Positions 62,650-64,000 of a DNA stretch of 64,000 nucleotides are shown here, one piece after another. Source of the stretch: Callorhinchus milii. Taxonomy: Eukaryota. The DNA lies in contig NW_024704742.1 of the NCBI RefSeq assembly GCF_018977255.1, positions 136,092,001 through 136,156,000 on the forward strand, read 5' to 3'. Position numbers and translations under genes: made by a program. Each line of letters begins with the position of its first letter. Within the stretch, counting starts at the first letter, position 1. The notes beneath the pieces were generated by a model that did no database searches, was not told where the DNA came from, and saw only the letters and a program-made list of their open reading frames with translations.

Positions 62650-63581
62650 GCGCTCATTTTCGTTCTCTCTCTCTCGTTGTCTTCTCTCTCTCTCCCTCTT
62701 GTTTCTTCTCTCTCTCTCTCTCTCCATCTCGCGCTCATTTTCGTTCTCTCTCTCTCCGTTGTCTTTCTCTCTCTCTCTCGTTTCCTCTCTCTCTCTCGAT
62801 TTCTCTCTCTCTCGATTTCTCTCTCTCTCTCTCTCTCGTTTTCTCTCTCTCTCTGTCTATCTCGCGCTCATTTTTGTTCTCTCTCTCTCGATGTCTCTCT
62901 CTCTCCCTCTCTTTTTCTCTCTCTCTCTCTATCTCGCGCTCATTTTCGTTCTCTCTCTCTCTCTCGTTGTCTTCTCTCTCTCTCTCTCGTTTCCTCTCTC
63001 TCTCTCTCTCTCGATTTCTCTCTCTCTCTCGATTTCTCTCTCTCGTTTTCTCTCTCTGGTTTTCCCTCTCTTTCTTTCTCTATCTCGCCCTCATTTTCAT
63101 TCTCTCTCTCTCGTTGTCTCTCTCTCCCTCTCGTTTCTTCTCTCTCTCTCTATCTCGCGCTCATTTTCGTTCTCTCTCTCTCGTTGTCTCTCTCTCTCTC
63201 CCTCTCGTTTCCTCTCTCTCTCTCTCTCTCTCTTCTCTCGATTTCTCTCTCTCTCGATTTCTCTCTCTCTCTCTCGTTTTCTCTCTCTGGTTTTCTCTCT
63301 CTCTCTTTCTCTATCTCGCCCTCATTTTCGTTCTCTCTCTCTCGTTGTCTCTCTCTCTCTCCCTCTCGTTCTTCTCTCTCTCTCTCTCTCCATCTCGCGC
63401 TCATTTTCGTTCTCTCTCTCTCTCTCTCGTTTTCCTCTCTCTCTCTCTTCCCTCCCTCTCTCTTTCTCTCTCTCTCTCGTTTCCTCTCTCTCTCTCTCTC
63501 TCTCTCGATTTCTCTCTCTCTCGTTTTCTCTCTCTCTCTTTCTCTTCTATCTCGCCCTCATTTTCGTTCTCTCTCTCGTTG

Positions 63582-63621
<40 letters not shown>

Positions 63622-64000
63622 TCCTCTCTCTCTCTCTCCCTCCCTCCCTCTCGATTTCTCTCTCTCTCGTTTTCTCTCTCTGGTTTTCTCTCTCTCTCCA
63701 TCTCACGCTCATTTTCGTTCTCTCTCTCTCGTTGTCTTTCTCTCTCTCTCTCGTTTCCTCTCTCTCTCTCTCTCCCTCCCTCTCTCTTTCTCTCTCAATT
63801 TCTCTCTCGTTTTCTCTCTCTCTCGTTTCCTCTCTCTCTCTCTCTCGATTTCTCTCTCTCTCGTTTTCTCTCTCTCTCTTTCTCTATCTCGCCCTCATTT
63901 TCGTTCTCTCTCTCTCGTTATCTTTCTCTCTCTCTCTCTCTCTCTCGTTCCCTCTCTCTCCCTCGACTTCTCTCTCTCTCTCTCTCTCACTCGATTTCTC
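62613..64000. repeat. (CT)n-based composite satellite with recurring ATCTCGCGCTCATTTTCGTT landmark; runs off the window
   Basis: Direct inspection. Confidence 0.95.

Overview
Repeat-dense vertebrate genomic DNA, not prokaryotic: no operons, rRNA or CRISPR. From recall of the repeat families (not a database search), the repeats point to a cartilaginous fish, probably a holocephalan/chimaera. They are a tRNA-headed CORE-like SINE ('family A', at least 15 copies with recognisable heads), a DeuSINE/SacSINE1-like SINE ('family B'), 5'-truncated L2 and CR1 LINEs, and long CA-, CT- and GA-based simple or composite repeats. Almost all long ORFs in the track are artefacts of these repeats. The best evidence for a host gene is an 82-nt minus-strand exon at 46939-46858 encoding a signal-peptide-like sequence (MMAIGFILHMFFILWWHSLHSRNPQVC) and ending in a strong phase-1 GTGAGT donor. 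Positions 1-46857 are therefore probably mostly one large intron of a secreted or membrane protein gene that I cannot name. Less-expected elements: (i) an ~840-bp almost wholly palindromic foldback element with three more fragments in the window; (ii) a Penelope-like remnant carrying a decayed hammerhead ribozyme core; (iii) SINE/LINE tail sharing, plus a 65-bp L2 tail insertion with an 8-bp target-site duplication; (iv) clustered RFX-like and ETS-like motifs created by tandem duplication; (v) two weaker candidate minus-strand exons near 1.1 kb and 62.5 kb. I see no convincing new protein-coding system. Repeat boundaries are by eye and approximate (about +/-10-20 bp).
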